The notes under the pieces were generated by a model. It searched no databases. It worked only from the letters and a program-made list of their open reading frames with translations, and was not told where the DNA came from. Positions 48,974 to 59,648 of a stretch of DNA of 64,000 bases are shown piece by piece. The DNA is from an uncultured bacterium. GTDB lineage: Bacteria; JAJVIF01; JAPKYR01. Location: positions 32,001 through 96,000 of the forward strand of contig CBDURU010000002.1 in the NCBI GenBank assembly GCA_965369865.1, read 5' to 3'. The stretch's first letter is position 1. Each line of letters opens with the position of its first letter. A program made the translations under genes and the position numbers.

Positions 48974-49267
48974 TAGCCTCTAACAAAATGAGCAAAATTC
49001 ATGAACCGGGTGCCACCCATGGGTTAACTTGCTTATGGGTGATGTAGCGTAACTCAGAGGCACGACCGTCAGGGAGTGCACTAACAGTAGCCCGCGCGTA
49101 AGCAAGGCTCATTTGTGCGTTACTAGATCAGTTATCAGTGCACTCCCTGCACTCCCTGACGGTCGTGCCTCTGAGACGGCATAATAGACACCGGTACCGG
49201 GTGATGCAGACTGAACCCTTGAATCAACAAGCGATAATTCAATGCAAACTCATTTTGTTAGAGGCTC
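48974..49267. mobile_element. MITE-like element with 18-bp TIRs and an internal REP doublet
   Basis: agcctctaacaaaatgag (48975-92) / ctcattttgttagaggct (49249-66); TAA on both flanks; internal IR at 49053-49080 / 49148-49175. Confidence 0.8.
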
Positions 49268-49285
49268 TAAGGAAATCTTAAATAA

Positions 49286-50626
49286 TCAGCCGGACCCGAA
49301 CTGGACGCCGATGAGGGCAAGTCTAAAATTTACAATGATAGAAATTATGCACCATGCCCAGAAAACCCCGATATCTCCCCAGCCTTTTTTGCCACCGTGA
49401 CGCGCGGATTCAGCCCCGATTATCACCATCAAACCAAGAGGAATCGTAAGCAGGAGGTGGTAGAATTCGTGGCCTGGCACCCAGAAACTAAGGAAAACCA
49501 GGAGCGGAGCGATCCACAACAGGCACAGGTACAGCCACCACCGGTTGATAGGGGTAAGTTTTTTAAGATTCAGAACGGCTGTCACCCAGAACGCCGGTAA
49601 GACAGCAACCAATGCGGTGAAGAAAGGGTTCAGGAAGAGCAACCCAAAAGTCCGCTGGTTGTCATAGAAAAATCCAATGAAAGTGCCCAGGTTTGTGAAA
49701 AATCCCTGGATTCCCCCGCCGGTCCAGTATTTATCGCCCTGTGCGTAAAGGGTTGTGTATTTGAAAATATTTACGAAACTCAATTCACCGACCGATGAAA
49801 GCGCGCTACCGATTATTATTAAATATACAACAACAGGGATTCCGATCGTCAGGGCGGTCATTATAAAAAATTCCCTCCACCGGACATTTTCTCCTATCCT
49901 CATTCTGCTATGGACCAGGATAGCGATACCGATAAGGATAAAAATTGCCATTAAGCTGACAATCTGGTGAAAGAGAATTCCTGTCGCGAACCACCATCCT
50001 GTCCGTACAAGATATTTCCCATCGTTGGTAACGGTAAAAGCGTGGATGCTCCCAACAGTGATTGCGAGCAGGAACATTGGAATCGAATACTGTGAACCAT
50101 CGGTCGCGTAGCGGAAAAAAGTGACGCTCGAACCGAGGAACAGGAACCATGGAATCGCATACGGAGTACGCGGGAAGAGCCTTATTATCAGTAAATAAAG
50201 GAGGTAAAGTGTTCCGGCGGATGCAAGACCGTTCCATAAACGAAGGAACATCCAGGAATTGATGTCGGGTAGAAAGGACCTGGTAATTCGGAAGAGTACG
50301 GCATTGGTCGGGACAAACATGAGATGGTGCGGGTTCCAGATTGCCCACCATCCAGCCTCGCTAACAAGCCTTCCGAGCCTGTCGGTTACTTCGAGAGGTA
50401 CATTTTCCGCGCGGGGAGCTGTGGCCCTGGCTTCGGTGGGAAAAAACAGGTTCCCATCCATCGTGGCGAATTCCTCAAGTTCGCCAGCCCAGCCGTGAAC
50501 ATCACCGTTAGGGTACTTGATATTCGGGAGAGAAAGATAGGCCGCGAGAAATATCAAGGTGAGAATCCATCCGATGATGATTTCGCGTCTGGAGGGAAGT
50601 TTTATCCGGTTATTTTCCTGGACCAT
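49286..50626 (-). CDS. GT-C-like multi-pass membrane protein (DUF2723-related)
   Basis: About 10 TM; NGD, NPHHL, FFRYAT, FHQ. Confidence 0.65.
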   Translation of the reverse strand: MVQENNRIKLPSRREIIIGWILTLIFLAAYLSLPNIKYPNGDVHGWAGELEEFATMDGNLFFPTEARATAPRAENVPLEVTDRLGRLVSEAGWWAIWNPHHLMFVPTNAVLFRITRSFLPDINSWMFLRLWNGLASAGTLYLLYLLIIRLFPRTPYAIPWFLFLGSSVTFFRYATDGSQYSIPMFLLAITVGSIHAFTVTNDGKYLVRTGWWFATGILFHQIVSLMAIFILIGIAILVHSRMRIGENVRWREFFIMTALTIGIPVVVYLIIIGSALSSVGELSFVNIFKYTTLYAQGDKYWTGGGIQGFFTNLGTFIGFFYDNQRTFGLLFLNPFFTALVAVLPAFWVTAVLNLKKLTPINRWWLYLCLLWIAPLLVFLSFWVPGHEFYHLLLTIPLGLMVIIGAESARHGGKKGWGDIGVFWAWCIISIIVNFRLALIGVQFGSG

Positions 50627-50648
50627 AATGGCAGCATATTATTATACG

Positions 50649-52316
50649 TTAAAAGGACAGGCTCTCAATTTCCATGGGCGGATAAACACGATACATAAGC
50701 CCAACCGCATTAAACGTGTAACCTTTATCAGAAAGGGATTTCACGATCGCCCCGATATAAATGGGACGATTTTCGATATTATTTTCAATTATCCATGCCG
50801 CGATATCGGCATCCTTGTCCGGCGCAACAATTACTTCATCCGGAAGTACAAGGTCGGGATATTTTCTTCGCAGGAGATCCAGACCCCAGTCGAACCCGGC
50901 ATGCTCTACAAAAATCACCGCGACATCGTCCCGCGTATCGGCATATTCGATCTCCCGGTAATACCACAGCGTGAAAGCCCGTTCGTAGCGGACCTCCAAT
51001 ACTACAGCGTTCTCCTCGAACGATTCGAACGATTCCTCACCGAACTGAATCGCCTCACGGTTTCCTGAAAGATCCACTTCGTGCCAGTGGCCTGTAAGTC
51101 CAAAAATCGGAGCCGATATAAGGATCAGAACCGCTATAAATTTACCGATTGGAACCAGTTTTCGAGGTGCGTCGACAAGAAATACGATCCCCCATCCAGC
51201 CCAGATCGCGGACGCCCAGATCATCGGAAGTAAATAGCCTTCGGGGTCCCATATAGCATAATTTGCGAGGCTGTAGAGACTCGAAGCAGTTATAAGCATA
51301 GTGTAGACAAGGAGAATCACGATCCCACGGTTACGGGCGAGGAGAAGCTTTATCAATCCGAGCATTGCGGCCAGTGCACCGATACTGCCCAGTTCCCCTG
51401 GAATTGATGAGTACCGCATAATCTGGTTAAGCATCTGAAACGGGAGCATTGAATACATGAGCATACGGAATTGCCGTCCGGACACCACCCAGAGGAAATT
51501 CTCAGCGGTTTCTGGATTACCCCAGTCGAGCGGCGGGTTCATTGAAGAACGTATCGGGAGATAAAGGTAGGTGAGGAGACCGATCGACAGCCAGAGTAAT
51601 CCGGTCCCGATTTCCTTCGGTTTCGGATGTACTTTACCGAAGATCCAGACCACCAGGATTCCCGGAAGTAAAAACAGGCTCGTAAGGTGGTTGGCCATGG
51701 CCAGGCCCCAGGACAGTCCCAGCCAGAGAATTAACCGGCCTCTTCGTCTGCCGAGTTCCCCGGAATTTTTCCCTTCATCAATATTTTTCGCGATTATAAG
51801 GAGTTCAATCAGGATCCAGCCGATAAGTGCGGTAAAAAACAGGTTCAGCGAATAAACTTCCGTAACCACGGACAGTTTCCAGACATCGGTGGCAAATGCG
51901 AGGAGCAATCCGGAGGAAACCGACGCGACAGCTTTCAGGAAAGATGTCAAACGGGATTGAATATTTACCTCCAGGAGGCTGAAACCGGCCCAGACCGCCC
52001 TTACCGTTAATGCAGCCGCCAGGGCTCCCCAGAACGCGCTGAATAAATTCATCCTCCATGCGACAGTGCCGATCGCGACGACATGGCTCCATATCCAGCC
52101 GGTCATACAGAACAGGGGGTATCCGGTCGGATGCGGGATTCCCAGGGTCCAGCATGCGGTGATAAGGTCGCCTGAATCTTCCGAGTGATGCGCCCAGCTC
52201 ACTCCGGGAGAAAGGGTCATTATGTAAACAGCAAAAGAAACCAATCCAACCCACAGGCTGAGATGAACAGGAAGGGATAAGCGGAAAGGTTTCTTGCTCG
52301 GATCGACCGATGCCAT
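50649..52316 (-). CDS. DUF2723 (TMEM260-like) glycosyltransferase
   Basis: DSGDLI....LGIPHPTGYPL, SVVTEVYSLN, NHLT, YLYLPIRS..NPPLDWGNP. Confidence 0.85.
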   Translation of the reverse strand: MASVDPSKKPFRLSLPVHLSLWVGLVSFAVYIMTLSPGVSWAHHSEDSGDLITACWTLGIPHPTGYPLFCMTGWIWSHVVAIGTVAWRMNLFSAFWGALAAALTVRAVWAGFSLLEVNIQSRLTSFLKAVASVSSGLLLAFATDVWKLSVVTEVYSLNLFFTALIGWILIELLIIAKNIDEGKNSGELGRRRGRLILWLGLSWGLAMANHLTSLFLLPGILVVWIFGKVHPKPKEIGTGLLWLSIGLLTYLYLPIRSSMNPPLDWGNPETAENFLWVVSGRQFRMLMYSMLPFQMLNQIMRYSSIPGELGSIGALAAMLGLIKLLLARNRGIVILLVYTMLITASSLYSLANYAIWDPEGYLLPMIWASAIWAGWGIVFLVDAPRKLVPIGKFIAVLILISAPIFGLTGHWHEVDLSGNREAIQFGEESFESFEENAVVLEVRYERAFTLWYYREIEYADTRDDVAVIFVEHAGFDWGLDLLRRKYPDLVLPDEVIVAPDKDADIAAWIIENNIENRPIYIGAIVKSLSDKGYTFNAVGLMYRVYPPMEIESLSF

Positions 52317-52378
52317 AAAGTGATTTTACTTCCTGTAATACCCATATGTAAAACTGATTCTTGTGCTAAACTTCAATT

Positions 52379-53689
52379 ATGCTCCTTACACGCCGGAGCC
52401 TGATCGTCCTCGCGACTGCCGCGATATGGATTCTCACCGAATCCGTGTTTCCTTTCGCCCAGATCGTATTCATCTTTCATGTCGGACTGGTACTGCTGTT
52501 TATCGTCCTGGATTCCATAGTCAGCGCTCACCGGGACGATTTTGAAATTATGAGGCATTGTGAGGGAAAACTCAGCCTGCTCGATGACAATCCTGTAACG
52601 ATCGATATTTACAACCGGTCGGGGAAAACCGTTAAGGGCGTGCTGGCAGACGAATATCCCGATCCGGGCAAGGCAAATCCTGAACGGCTTGAATTTCTAA
52701 TTCCAGATAAATCAACGGTTGAATTGACATACCACTACCGTCCTGAAAAGCGCGGCGACGTGGTGTTCCCAGGGGTCCACCTGCGGATTCTGGGCCAGTT
52801 GGGATTTGTTATCAAGCGAATAATGGTTCCGCACGTAACCAAAGCACAGGTGTATCCAAACCTGATCCAGACCCGAAGGTGGGACCTTCTCGCCCGGAAA
52901 GGCGCGTTGTTTGCAGCCGGGTTCAAACCCATAGGACGGTTCGGACGCGGTACCGAGTTCAGCCAGTTAAGGGAATACCTGCCGGATGATCAATTTCGAG
53001 CAATCGACTGGAAGGCAAGCGCGAGGAAAGGAGCACTGGTTGTCAAGGAATATGAGATTGAGCGAAGCCAGCCGCTCGCACTATTTTTGGATTGCGGACG
53101 CCAGATGATCGGTCGGATCGATGAACATACCCGTCTCGATTACGCGATCAACGCCGCATTAATGCTTGCGTACGTAGCGGTCCTGAAAGGCGACCAGGTC
53201 GGATTGATCGCGTTCGACGCGAAGATCCAGCATTACATCGCGCCCGCGCGTGGAATGGCGCAGTTGAACCGTATCATCGAAGCTCTTTATGACATCCAGC
53301 CGTCGGAAGTTGAAAGCGATTACGCCGGCGCATTTAAGAAATTTCTCGCGACATGGAGAAAACGCAGCCTGATAGCGTTGTTTTCCGATGTGGTCGACCC
53401 GACAGCTTCATCGGTCCTGCTTGGGCACCTCCCGTCGGTACATCCGAGGCACCTTCCGCTGGCTGTCCTTTTAAAGGATCCGGAGCTTATTGAAATCGAA
53501 CGCCAGGTTCCTGAAAACGCGTCCGAGCTTTATGAAAAAGCGGTTGCCTGCGATCTTTCGAGCAGCCGTGAACTCGCATCTCGCCAGTTACGCCAGGCAG
53601 GATGCCTTGTAGTGGATGTAGCGCCAAAGGACCTGACCGTTTCTGTCATCAACGAATATCTCAGGTTGAAGGCAAGGAGTATGATCTAG
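52379..53689 (+). CDS. DUF58 family protein (vWA-like)
   Basis: [47 protein letters not shown]. Confidence 0.88.
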   Translation: MLLTRRSLIVLATAAIWILTESVFPFAQIVFIFHVGLVLLFIVLDSIVSAHRDDFEIMRHCEGKLSLLDDNPVTIDIYNRSGKTVKGVLADEYPDPGKANPERLEFLIPDKSTVELTYHYRPEKRGDVVFPGVHLRILGQLGFVIKRIMVPHVTKAQVYPNLIQTRRWDLLARKGALFAAGFKPIGRFGRGTEFSQLREYLPDDQFRAIDWKASARKGALVVKEYEIERSQPLALFLDCGRQMIGRIDEHTRLDYAINAALMLAYVAVLKGDQVGLIAFDAKIQHYIAPARGMAQLNRIIEALYDIQPSEVESDYAGAFKKFLATWRKRSLIALFSDVVDPTASSVLLGHLPSVHPRHLPLAVLLKDPELIEIERQVPENASELYEKAVACDLSSSRELASRQLRQAGCLVVDVAPKDLTVSVINEYLRLKARSMI

Positions 53690-53691
53690 CC

Positions 53692-54087
53692 ATGAAATTT
53701 CTAACAGTACCGACAAGTACCAGGATCGAGATTGTCGATATCACGGACAAGCTCAGGGAACTGGTTAAAAGCAACGGATGGTCGGAGGGTATCGTCACCG
53801 TTTACTGTCCGCACACGACCGCGGCGATAACGATTAACGAGGCGGCCGATCCGGATGTCCGCGCGGATATCCTGGAAACCCTGAACAAACTGATCCCATA
53901 CAACGATAATTACGCGCACATCGAAGGGAACGCGGACGCGCATATTAAATCGTCACTCGTAGGATCGTCGCAGCAGGTCATTATCGAGCATGGACGTCTT
54001 GTGCTGGGAACGTGGCAGGGAGTATTTTTCTGTGAGTTCGACGGCCCGCGTCAGAGGAAGGTCTACGTCAAATTTGTGTCAGGATGA
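53692..54087 (+). CDS. yjbQ: YjbQ/UPF0047 family protein
   Basis: [45 protein letters not shown]. Confidence 0.93.
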   Translation: MKFLTVPTSTRIEIVDITDKLRELVKSNGWSEGIVTVYCPHTTAAITINEAADPDVRADILETLNKLIPYNDNYAHIEGNADAHIKSSLVGSSQQVIIEHGRLVLGTWQGVFFCEFDGPRQRKVYVKFVSG

Positions 54088-54184
54088 AGTAAAATCTGGA
54101 AAGATTCAAAGCCCGCTTATTATAATGCATCCAACCCTTAAGAAGGCGCCAATAATATCCATCCCATTTTAATGCACTGCTCCT

Positions 54185-55159
54185 TCAACTTCCGTTTATA
54201 TAGAAATCTATTAATTGGCGATGGTCTACTCCATTAATCCATTCGTCAGGATTCTTCAGCATTTCAGATGAGAGCAGAATTGATTTTTCGGCTCCCGTGG
54301 GAAGGCCGGTAAATACCCACTCCCATCTATTTGAATCAAAGGAGTCATACCCGTCAGGCCCTATGTTATATTTCCTGATAAGGATCATTTCATCATGATT
54401 ATCTCTCCGAACAAACTCCGTGTACAAGAGATTGGAATCATGTATAACGCCAATTTCAAAATGTTCATAGGCGCCTTGCGAGATTAATTCTGATGAATTT
54501 TCTATAAAATCTTCATTGATGAAAAATTGGCCGTTCAACAGGTCCTGCAGACTTCCCGGCATGGATTCATGATCTGCGATGTAGAAGTCAATAATCGATT
54601 CGCATGCAGTCGACATTGACCATACAAGAAGATCCCATTCATCGGAGGACAATCGCGTTTTATTATCCGACCCCGTCGGTGCAGAAGTACCTAAACCCCA
54701 AACTACCTTTTGTGATTCAGCGGATTCCAGGTAAGATACTTCGGCGTTTTCGTTATTTACTCTTGTACGTGTAATTAAGCTGAAATCCCATCCTTTGCCT
54801 TCAACAGGCCAGTATGTAACCTGAGAGGACACAGGTTCAATTTCACGCAGAATCCGGATAGGTTCGTTATCAAATGGATCAAAGCACCAAATTGGGAGAA
54901 ATCCTGCCTTACTTACTTCATCCAAATTCGGCTCTTTAAATATGCCATTTTGGTTTACAGCCCAGGCAATGAGCGCAACTTTAAGAAAAATGCTTCTCAT
55001 TGACAAAGGTGCTTGTTCAAGAAAGGCCGTTTGAGCTATTGATGCTCCTTCATTATTATCAACATCTGCTCGCACAATCGGAGTGTATAAACAAATCATC
55101 CCAATCAATACTACAAACATAAGAGCAAATTTGGATATAATTCCGCTCAACTTTTTCAT
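54185..55159 (-). CDS. Secreted hypothetical protein with pseudopilin-like motifs
   Basis: GGAGG before ATG at 55159; signal peptide; 'FYIADHESMPGSLQDLL'. Confidence 0.65.
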   Translation of the reverse strand: MKKLSGIISKFALMFVVLIGMICLYTPIVRADVDNNEGASIAQTAFLEQAPLSMRSIFLKVALIAWAVNQNGIFKEPNLDEVSKAGFLPIWCFDPFDNEPIRILREIEPVSSQVTYWPVEGKGWDFSLITRTRVNNENAEVSYLESAESQKVVWGLGTSAPTGSDNKTRLSSDEWDLLVWSMSTACESIIDFYIADHESMPGSLQDLLNGQFFINEDFIENSSELISQGAYEHFEIGVIHDSNLLYTEFVRRDNHDEMILIRKYNIGPDGYDSFDSNRWEWVFTGLPTGAEKSILLSSEMLKNPDEWINGVDHRQLIDFYINGS

Positions 55160-55234
55160 ACTTAAACCTCCCGTAATTGCTAAATTAATTTTAAAGAAAA
55201 AAAAGTAATATGTCAAGAAAAAGAGTAATATGAG

Positions 55235-55358
55235 ACCGTTGCAAAAGCCTGAATTTGGACCAGGGCGCAGCAAGCGGCGCTCCTACAAGCCTCTATTCAT
55301 ACGGATTCTATTCGTAGGGGCGTTGCTTGCTGCGCCCCATAGCGACTTTCGCAACGGT
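55235..55358. mobile_element. Small MITE-like element enclosing two GTAG REPs
   Basis: accgttgcaaaag / ctttcgcaacggt (12/13); REPs at 55263-55286 and 55314-55337. Confidence 0.65.
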
Positions 55359-55369
55359 TTTAATTAACA

Positions 55370-56263
55370 TTAAACTGCGCTGCTGGGTGCATGGTCGGTC
55401 ATGGGTGGTGGTTCGGATTCCACCAAAGGGATGCTCATGGCTTCGACACCGGCGGCCTCGCGGATATCCGTGAGAAGTTTTGCCGCGATAAACCTGTCCT
55501 GGATACGTCCCGCAAGACCTTCTTTAACTTTGTCACGGGTTTCCGAGGTTGAAGGCCTGAGTGTGAATCCGGCAGTCACATCGCTTCCGGCGTCAACGGC
55601 ATTCACCCTGATGCCGAGCGACCGTGAAATCGAGCCAATGTATTCGATCTGAATGACATGGTGAGATTCACTGGTTGCGGGACTGGACAGTGAAACATCG
55701 GCTACTCTAAGCCCCGGTGATGAATCCGGTGGTATCGGGTCAGGCAGGGTAGTGGTTTTAAGATAGGTTTTAATTGCATTGACAGCCTCTGAGAATGGGA
55801 TCTCGAGGTGAGTGGTGAAATGCTCGTCCGGTTTACCGAGTTCGATAGGGTGTCCAAGCATCAGGCTCGCGTCGCGAAGGAAACGGTACAATTCACCATC
55901 CCCGGCGAATAGCTTCCACTGGCGATTGAACCTTCCGGCAAGCGACCTGAGGTGATAAATGACTATTGGAATCAGGCAAATTACCATAAGGATTGCGATG
56001 GGAAGCCCCATCGCGTAGATCGTCCGTACAGCCATTCCTACGATACCAAACAGGGCGATAATCAGTATGCACGTCCAGAATGGGTACTGCTCCCTTTCGG
56101 CTTTGGTCCAGTGTTTGCGGGTAATACGGTCCGACATTGTCGGGATTTGTTCCAGTTGGAACTCAAGCGATGTAAAACGGTGTTCCTGAACGTCCTCTCC
56201 TGAATTTCCTCTATTTCCCATATCTCCTCCCATTGCATCCGATGCAGTGGGTTGGTGAGTCAT
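55370..56263 (-). CDS. 2-TM hypothetical protein
   Basis: ATGA overlap with the prepilin gene; alternative start at 56221. Confidence 0.7.
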   Translation of the reverse strand: MTHQPTASDAMGGDMGNRGNSGEDVQEHRFTSLEFQLEQIPTMSDRITRKHWTKAEREQYPFWTCILIIALFGIVGMAVRTIYAMGLPIAILMVICLIPIVIYHLRSLAGRFNRQWKLFAGDGELYRFLRDASLMLGHPIELGKPDEHFTTHLEIPFSEAVNAIKTYLKTTTLPDPIPPDSSPGLRVADVSLSSPATSESHHVIQIEYIGSISRSLGIRVNAVDAGSDVTAGFTLRPSTSETRDKVKEGLAGRIQDRFIAAKLLTDIREAAGVEAMSIPLVESEPPPMTDHAPSSAV

Positions 56264-56712
56264 TCGGGCCAGACCTCCTCGACTCGGCCGCTCAGGTCGA
56301 TCTTCAGAATTGGCGAGTTCGGACCCGCGCCGGCCTGTTGATTTGGTGTTGCAGTGATGACAAAACCGTTTCTGGAAACCTCAATTTCAACATCATAATT
56401 CCGCACAATAGGAGTGCCTGCGCCTAATGCGCGGTTTGTATACGAACGGGCGATAGTCCCGGATTGAATCAGTTCAGCGAACGTCGCATAGGTTCTGTGG
56501 TTTGCATGGTATGTAAGCTCGGCCTGGTGGAGCTGACGCATCATGGTCTTGGTCATGTCCATACCGAGTGCGTTCGTATTACGGTTACCGGATGAGGTCC
56601 CGAAAAAGGACCCGGAAGAATTCAGCATCATGACCATAAGAACGCCGACAATCGCAACACTTATCAGCATCCCGATCAGACTGAAGCCAGTTTGATGATT
56701 CAGTCGCACCAC
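56260..56712 (-). CDS. Type IV prepilin/pseudopilin-like protein
   Basis: QTG|FSLIGMLISVAIVGVL, QAELTYH....YATF.EL, FVITATP. Confidence 0.85.
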   Translation of the reverse strand: MVRLNHQTGFSLIGMLISVAIVGVLMVMMLNSSGSFFGTSSGNRNTNALGMDMTKTMMRQLHQAELTYHANHRTYATFAELIQSGTIARSYTNRALGAGTPIVRNYDVEIEVSRNGFVITATPNQQAGAGPNSPILKIDLSGRVEEVWPE

Positions 56713-56845
56713 AGATAGCGCCTCTGAAATATTATAGCATACAAATTTGAAAATTTAATATATTACCATTAATGTTATTGAACCATTGTACCCACTTGCG
56801 AGTCACGTTAATGGGTATTAGAATGGAGTTAGAGGAAATACCGGG

Positions 56846-57487
56846 ATGTCAGACAAAACTCAAATCGATCGGGCTTCGGATTCAGAAGAAGAACGAAAGG
56901 ATAAAAAAAGCAAGAAAGAACAGAATCCATGGTTCCTTTGGACCAGGGATATAGTCATCGTTCTCATCCTCGTCCTTTTATTCAGAACCCATGTCGCTGA
57001 GGCGAATTATATTCCATCACCTTCGATGGAACCTACCCTTAAAGTGCATGACCGGATTATTGTCGACAAGCTTTCGCTGAACTGGCACCCGATCGAACGC
57101 GGGGAACTCGTTGTTTTTCATCCACCGCTTAATGACAAGGAGTCTGAACGCTGGATCAAACGCGTGGTCGGCATTCCCGGGGATACCATTGAAATCCTGC
57201 GCGGCGTGGTCTATGTCAATGGTGACCGTCTCGATGAACCATACATCGAATGGCCGGGCGTTTATACAGAGCCTCTTGTAATGCTGGCAGAAGATGATCC
57301 CTCTACTCCTGCGATTGAAGGGGAATATTACCTGATGGGCGACAATCGTAGTAATTCCCGCGACAGTCACGTGTGGGGCCCGTGCCCTGCGGAAAATATC
57401 ATTGGGCGCGCGGTTTTCAGGTACTGGCCGATAAACACGGTCGGGATTCTCGCGCGACAATCGGGAACACCGGATTCTGAAGAATAA
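56846..57487 (+). CDS. lepB: Signal peptidase I
   Basis: IPSPSMEPTL, IKRVVGIPGD, MGDNRSNSRDSH.WG. Confidence 0.95.
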   Translation: MSDKTQIDRASDSEEERKDKKSKKEQNPWFLWTRDIVIVLILVLLFRTHVAEANYIPSPSMEPTLKVHDRIIVDKLSLNWHPIERGELVVFHPPLNDKESERWIKRVVGIPGDTIEILRGVVYVNGDRLDEPYIEWPGVYTEPLVMLAEDDPSTPAIEGEYYLMGDNRSNSRDSHVWGPCPAENIIGRAVFRYWPINTVGILARQSGTPDSEE

Positions 57488-57778
57488 TTCATAACCGTCT
57501 GCACAATTCACCAGTTTCTAAAATATGAGTCGCTACAGTATCAACACTCTAAGATTAACCTTGAGAGGATAATACTCTGGCAGCGTGGTGACTTTGACGA
57601 TGCAAAATCCGGGCGGAGTTGGGAATTACAGACCCGGATTCAACATAATTTTTACATGCCTGACCTGCCCCTGATTCCCTGGTTGATATTTGAGCCGTTT
57701 TAAGGGTACGATTGGTTCATTCACCCGGTTACTATAACGGGCATACTAAGCTGATTTCCTACCCAAGGGTCTCCAATA

Positions 57779-59326
57779 ATGGCCACAGATAAAATAAAAG
57801 AACTGGAAGCTATATCCGCCGAAGCTGAAGCCGGCGGCGGGCAGAAACGTATCGATAAACAGCACTCGTCCGGAAAATGGACCGCGCGGGAACGTATTGA
57901 TTATCTTCTCGATCCCGGAAGTTTCGAGGAAATCGATAAATTCGTGCGGCACGAGTGCCACGACTACGACATGTTTAAAAATCGCCCGTACGGGGATGGC
58001 GTGGTTACGGGCACCGGCACGATCGATGGACGCCCGGTCGCGATTTTCAGCCAGGATTTCACAATTATTGGCGGTTCACTCGGCAGGGCGTTCGCATCGA
58101 AAATCTGCAAGATAAACGATATCGGAATGAAAAACGGCCTGCCGGTTATCGGACTTAACGATTCCGGCGGCGCGAGAATACAGGAAGGGGTCGGCGCGCT
58201 GGCGGGGTACGCGGATATCTTCCTCCAGAATGTCATGGCGAGCGGTGTGGTTCCACAGATCAGCGCGATCATGGGCCCGTGCGCAGGCGGCGCTGTTTAT
58301 TCACCTGCGATCACGGATTTTATCTACATGGTCAGCGGGTCATCGCGGATGTTTATAACCGGGCCTGCTATCATCAAGGCTGTCACGCACGAGGATATCG
58401 ATTTTGAATCGCTCGGAGGAGCTGCGGTACACAATGAAATCAGCGGAGTAGCGCATTTCGAAACGGAGAATGACGAGGAATGCCTTGACAGCATCAAGAG
58501 GCTACTTAGTTTCATACCATCAAACAATCTTGAATCACCGCCATTTGTTCCGACTGATGATCCCTCCGATCGAACTGAATTATCGCTCGATGAGATCATT
58601 CCCGACGATCCAAATCTGCCGTATGACATGATCGATGTTGTACGTCTTATTGTCGACAATGGTGATTTCTACCAGGTCCATGAACACTGGGCAAGAAATA
58701 TTATTGTCGGATTCGCGCGTCTGGCCGGGTATTCGTTCGGGATCATCGCGAACCAGCCCAACCATCTCGCAGGGTGTCTCGACATCAATTCCAGCATCAA
58801 GGGTGCCAGGTTTGTCCGGTTCTGCGACGCGTTTAATATCCCGCTTCTTGTGCTTGAGGATATCCCCGGATTCCTTCCGGGCGTAAACCAGGAGCATGGC
58901 GGAATTATTCGTAATGGCGCCAAGCTGATATACGCGTTCGCCGAAGCGACTGTCCCTAAAATGACTGTGATCACCCGCAAGGCATATGGCGGAGCGTACT
59001 GCGCGATGAACTCAAGGCACCTGAGGGCGGATTCCGTAATTGCGTGGCCTACAGCGGAAATCGCGGTAATGGGTTCGCAGGGCGCGGTAAATATAATCCA
59101 CCGGAATGAAATAAAGGAAGCCGATGATGTCGACGCGAAACGTGAAGAACTGATCAGAGATTACAACCGTCTCTTCGCGACACCTTATATCGCGGCTTCG
59201 AAAGGGTACATAGATAAGGTAATCAAACCATCCGAAACCCGCCAGCATATCATTAAGACTTACAACATTATCAAAACGAAACGAGATCAAAATCCCGCGA
59301 AGAAACACGGGAATATCCCACTCTGA
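57779..59326 (+). CDS. Acyl-CoA carboxylase carboxyltransferase subunit (PccB/MmdA-like)
   Basis: DSGGARIQEG, GPCAGGAVYSPA, GFLPG..QE, RKAYGGAY, KKHGNIPL. Confidence 0.95.
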   Translation: MATDKIKELEAISAEAEAGGGQKRIDKQHSSGKWTARERIDYLLDPGSFEEIDKFVRHECHDYDMFKNRPYGDGVVTGTGTIDGRPVAIFSQDFTIIGGSLGRAFASKICKINDIGMKNGLPVIGLNDSGGARIQEGVGALAGYADIFLQNVMASGVVPQISAIMGPCAGGAVYSPAITDFIYMVSGSSRMFITGPAIIKAVTHEDIDFESLGGAAVHNEISGVAHFETENDEECLDSIKRLLSFIPSNNLESPPFVPTDDPSDRTELSLDEIIPDDPNLPYDMIDVVRLIVDNGDFYQVHEHWARNIIVGFARLAGYSFGIIANQPNHLAGCLDINSSIKGARFVRFCDAFNIPLLVLEDIPGFLPGVNQEHGGIIRNGAKLIYAFAEATVPKMTVITRKAYGGAYCAMNSRHLRADSVIAWPTAEIAVMGSQGAVNIIHRNEIKEADDVDAKREELIRDYNRLFATPYIAASKGYIDKVIKPSETRQHIIKTYNIIKTKRDQNPAKKHGNIPL

Positions 59327-59351
59327 ATAAATGGGTGGCTGAGAATAACGT

Positions 59352-59633
59352 ATGGTAAATCCGGGAAATATTAATCCTGACAATAAGGGTGGACGGTTGC
59401 CGAAGTCGATCCGCGATGGATCGGTTGCTGCCGCGATCGGGGTCGCGCTTGCCCTGGCGGTTGAATCCGGATCGGTGGAGAGGCAGCATCCGGAACGCCT
59501 GGCCGAAGCTCCCTGGACAGGCAGTTCGCGCAGCAGGATGAACTTCTCCGGAACCGGATTTCAAACGCGCGATGGGTGGGGTAAACTTGCGGGATGGAAA
59601 CCGGCTTACGGCAAATGGCGGCTTAACAGGTGA
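59352..59633 (+). CDS. Small accessory (epsilon/delta-like) carboxylase subunit
   Basis: VAAAIGVALAL...W...R pattern; lies between CT and BCCP genes. Confidence 0.55.
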   Translation: MVNPGNINPDNKGGRLPKSIRDGSVAAAIGVALALAVESGSVERQHPERLAEAPWTGSSRSRMNFSGTGFQTRDGWGKLAGWKPAYGKWRLNR

Positions 59634-59648
59634 ACACGAGGAAGTAAT

